The position numbers and the translations under genes were made by a program. From Paramoeba atlantica (taxonomy: Eukaryota; Protista; Discosea), in assembly GCA_977017575.1 (NCBI GenBank), contig CDRNVI010000140.1:310001-374000 (forward strand): a stretch of 64,000 nucleotides of DNA. The letters are read 5' to 3'. The notes below the pieces were generated by a model. That model did not search any database. It saw nothing but the letters and a program-made list of their open reading frames with translations, and was not told the DNA's origin. Below, in pieces: positions 60,689-64,000 of the stretch. Each line of letters begins with the position of its first letter. Position 1 is the first letter of the stretch.

Positions 60689-63600
60689 CTATTTTTTTTC
60701 AAAAGAAAAAAAAGTATGATTCAAACCTGACTTTAAACCCCTCCTCCGACCCTGAGCCTGTAAATTCACATTCCTAAAACTCTCTCCCATCTCTCCCCCC
60801 CTCCCTCCATCAATCCCCACCATACTGCTCTGTGGTCTTTGCGCCAACATTTGTTGTAATTCTTGTGAAGTCATCATCATTCCTTCTCCATGTCTCCCTC
60901 TTCTTGGATCAACTGCCATTTTTCTTCTTGCTGCTCTGCTTTGAGGAGTCTTTGGGTCTTCTTCAGGTGAAGGGGAACGTTGAAGAGTTGGGGAGATGTA
61001 TCGTGGAGAAGTAGATAAAGTAGATTGTATGAAGCGTGGAGAGGGAGATCGTGGCGAAGAAGAAGAAGATAAACTTGAGGGTTGGTAACCACGTGGAGAA
61101 GAAGAAGGTTGTGGTCTTGGGACAGGAGGGAGCTCTTTTCTGGGGACTGGGGGGAGTTCTTTTCTTGGAACTTGTGGATGTGAAGGATGCGGGTGTGGTT
61201 TTGTGGATGTTAGAGGAGGAAGAGGTCGTTGTTGTTGTTTTTGTGGAGGGGTTGGTGGTGATTGCTGATATGGAGAACCTTGTGGTTGTGGTAGAGGCTT
61301 CTTTTGGAATGGAGGAGGAGGTTTGGCAATCTTTTCTGGAGGGCTTGGGCTTTCAGTCCCATTTCCTCCTGGGACACTAAGTAACAATTCATTTGTATTT
61401 GTCTGGACTAATGGCCCTGACCTTGGTGACATCTGAGAAAGGGACTTATTTTGAGATCGAGTAGATATTGCGCTCCCTCCTTTCTTTTGAATTCTTTTTG
61501 GAGTGACAGAAATTTGGCTCATTGAAGCACCTGTCCCTGAACCACCACTCGCAAAAAGAGGTTTCTCCTCCTCATTTGTATCTTTTCTATGTTTTGGCGA
61601 ATTTGCAAAAGCTGAAGGAGAGGGGACAGAGACTTTCGGAAATTTTTTGTGGAAGGGGGAATGAGTTGCGTGAGGAGAATGAGCTACGTGCGAAGGAGAT
61701 TGAGAAGGAGAGGGCACAGCCATGTTTCTGAGAGAGGGCGTCGCGGGAGATTGAGTAGGTGGGGTTTTAGGAAATAAATACATTTGGGGGCGGGCTGAGA
61801 GACGGTGAGAAGTAGCCGGCATTTTTTCCACTTGGGGGAGGGGAGAGAAAGAAGAGAAAGAAGAGAAAGAGAAAGAGAAAGAGAAAGAGTAAGTCGAGAG
61901 GAAAATCAAAGTCGAAAAAGAAAGAAAGAAATTTACTTAGAGAATGGATTTTGTTGTACCATTTTGTAACCACTGTATTATCGTCTGAGAAAATATAATA
62001 AGTTCGAAAAGCTGTCACCTATTTTTAAATGTTATCTTAAAAAAGAAAAAAATGAAATTTTTTTGTCTTGGTGAAGTTTTGAACTTTTCCATTGTGAAAG
62101 AGTTTCTCTTTTCTTGAGAAAAATAATTTAAAAAAATATTGAGAAAAATAGACCAGTTCGAGGACAATGACGGAAGTTGGAAGAGAAAGAAGTTGAGAAA
62201 CAGTTTGTGGTGCTGCTAATAAAACATCTGTCACTTTATACAAATCGATGATTCCAGTTGGTTTGGCTTGCTATTTTAAAACAAAATGAATAAAGAAATA
62301 ATTTTTTAAAAAACAATAAAACAACAAAAAACAACAAATTTCAGAGAACAAAAACAAAAACAAAAACCGATTGAGACTTCGAATACTCAACACAAGGACT
62401 CCTCAAAACAAACCACCTCCAATTCCAATTCTTCTTCTTTCCAGGAGAGATTTTTCCACCCACTTCAAACAACAACAAAAAAAAAACAACAAAAATAACA
62501 ATAACAATAACAAAAACAAAAACAAAAACAAACAAACAAAAACAAAAACAAAAACAAAAACAAAAACAAAAACAACAAACCGACTGAGACTTCGAATACT
62601 CAACACAAGTGCTCCTCAAAACAAACCACCTCCAATTCTAATTCTTCCTCTTTCCAGGAGAGGTTTTTCCACCCACTTCAAACAACAACAACAAAAAAAA
62701 CAAAAAACAACAACAACAACAACAACAACAACAAACAACAAACAACAACAACAACAACAACAACAAACCGACTGAGACTTAGAATACTCAACACAAGTAC
62801 TCCTCAAAACAAACCACCTCCGATTCCAATTCTTCTTCTTTCCAGGAGAGATTTTACCACCCAATTTTGTTAACCAATCACCATAAATTTCTCCTACAAC
62901 AGCTCTTGATCCTGGAGCTCCTCCTGTTGAGAGATCGATTGTGTGTGATGCTGTTCCGCTTGCTATGTTTGCTGAGAGGAGGCTGAAGAGGACCATCTAT
63001 TTTTTTGGGGGGGGAGAGGGGGGAGAGAGATATGGTTTGGAGTTGAGTTTTTGAAAGAATATTGTTTTGATGAAATACAAAGAAAAGAAGATAAAAATTT
63101 AAAATAAAAAAATAAAAAATAAAAAATAAAATAAAATAAAATAATAAATAAAAAATAAATAAAAAATAATAAAAAAAATAAAAAAAAATAAATATCCCAA
63201 AAACCTGATCAAAAGGATCATGAGTATGCAATTTGGCAAACTCTTCAATCGTTGGCGGTGAAGAGAGAGCTGAATATTCTTCTGCTCTCTTCTGTACAAA
63301 GCTATCAAACAATTGTGACCCTATTAAAAGTTCCACCATCTGTTTGTTTTTTTTTGTTATTATTTTTTTTTGTTTTCATTCTTTTTTTTTTTTGTTACTA
63401 TTCTTTTTTGTTATTTTTTTTTTGTTACTTTTTTTTTGTTATTTTTTTTGGTGTTGTTTGAGATGTTTTAAGAGAAAGAGATGCAAAGAGAAGAAAGAGA
63501 AAAAGAAAAGAAAAAGAAAGATTTTAATTCAAAAAAACCTGACGGTCTGCAGGAGGGACATCTGTCAAAAATTCAAGCTTTTGAAAATCGAGTCCTATTT

Positions 63601-64000
63601 TATTTTTAATGAGAGAATGAAAAGAGGAGAGACTAAAAAAATTAGAAGTTAACAGAAAGAGAGAAAGGAAGAAAAGAGAAAGAAAGAAGAAGAAAAAGAA
63701 AAGGAGATAGACAAAGAAAAGATAAAAGATAAAAGATAAAAGATAAAAGAAAAGGAAAAAGAAAAGAGAGAAAAACCATCAATAAAATCAGGATATCTTA
63801 AAATTAAGCGAACAATATATAACAAAAATGGGTTTGATAATGATGATTTTTCGTTTTTTGTTAATGATCTTTTTCCTCTATTGTCTGTAAAGAGAGAAAG
63901 AGAAAGAAAATCGGTCAGTCGCAAAAAAGAAAAAGAAAATAATATAAAATAAAAATAAGAATAATAATAAAAATATAAAATAAAAAACAAAACCAAAACA
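60689..64000 (-). CDS. DENN-domain (dDENN) + PH protein with Pro/Ser-rich tail, 5' part outside the window
   Basis: dDENN-like NPFLLYIVRLILRYPDFI and ELLIGSQLFDSFVQKR. PH: GWLTKLGGKISPGKKKNWNRRWFVL | KPTGIIDL | TYYIFSDDNTVVTKWYNKI. Confidence 0.75.
62368..62870 (-). repeat. Tandem array C: 3 copies of the ~100-bp PH exon 3' end + GTTT donor, CAA/GTT microsatellite spacers
   Basis: Unit cga(c/t)tgagactt(c/a)gaatactcaacacaag...aaaccacctcc...ttccaggagag...ccacc at ~62368, 62581 and 62769 (the real exon). Confidence 0.95.

Noticed and set aside
1-64000. tRNA, rRNA or telomeric repeats
   Set aside because: No cloverleaf with A/B boxes, conserved rRNA segment or telomere-like array was recognised by eye. 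A tRNAscan-SE/Infernal run would be needed to exclude small ncRNAs.

Overview
Gene-dense, intron-rich, AT-rich nuclear DNA from a eukaryotic microbe, most likely an amoebozoan. That inference rests on the gene set (Arpin, SCAR/WAVE, frizzled/smoothened-like GPCRs, a CudA/STAT-like factor). About 22 protein genes were reconstructed by manual splicing; most ORF-track entries are microsatellite or antisense artefacts. Genes include a Sec7-PH ArfGEF, Arpin, two SCAR/WAVE paralogs, two Fz/Smo-like GPCRs, an ankyrin-SAM protein, a truncated ADP-ribosylglycohydrolase, a truncated TMEM175-like channel, eIF4E, TopBP1, a homeobox gene, DUF599, a GT32 glycosyltransferase, LCMT1, a RasGEF and a DENN-PH protein. 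Five observations stand out. (1) A natural in-frame cyclin L/K/T-like + CDK11-like fusion gene. (2) A 2.7-kb L1-like retroposon with TSD and poly(A) that keeps ORF1, the zinc finger and an RNase H but has no endonuclease or RT. (3) Three independent tandem arrays of exon 3' end + splice donor + microsatellite. (4) Two of these arrays meet at a junction where two convergent genes both lose their 3' ends. (5) GTTT-dominated splice donors and pervasive head-to-head gene pairs. No rRNA, tRNA or CRISPR was found. All family assignments come from motif recognition, not database searches, and exon boundaries were read by eye.
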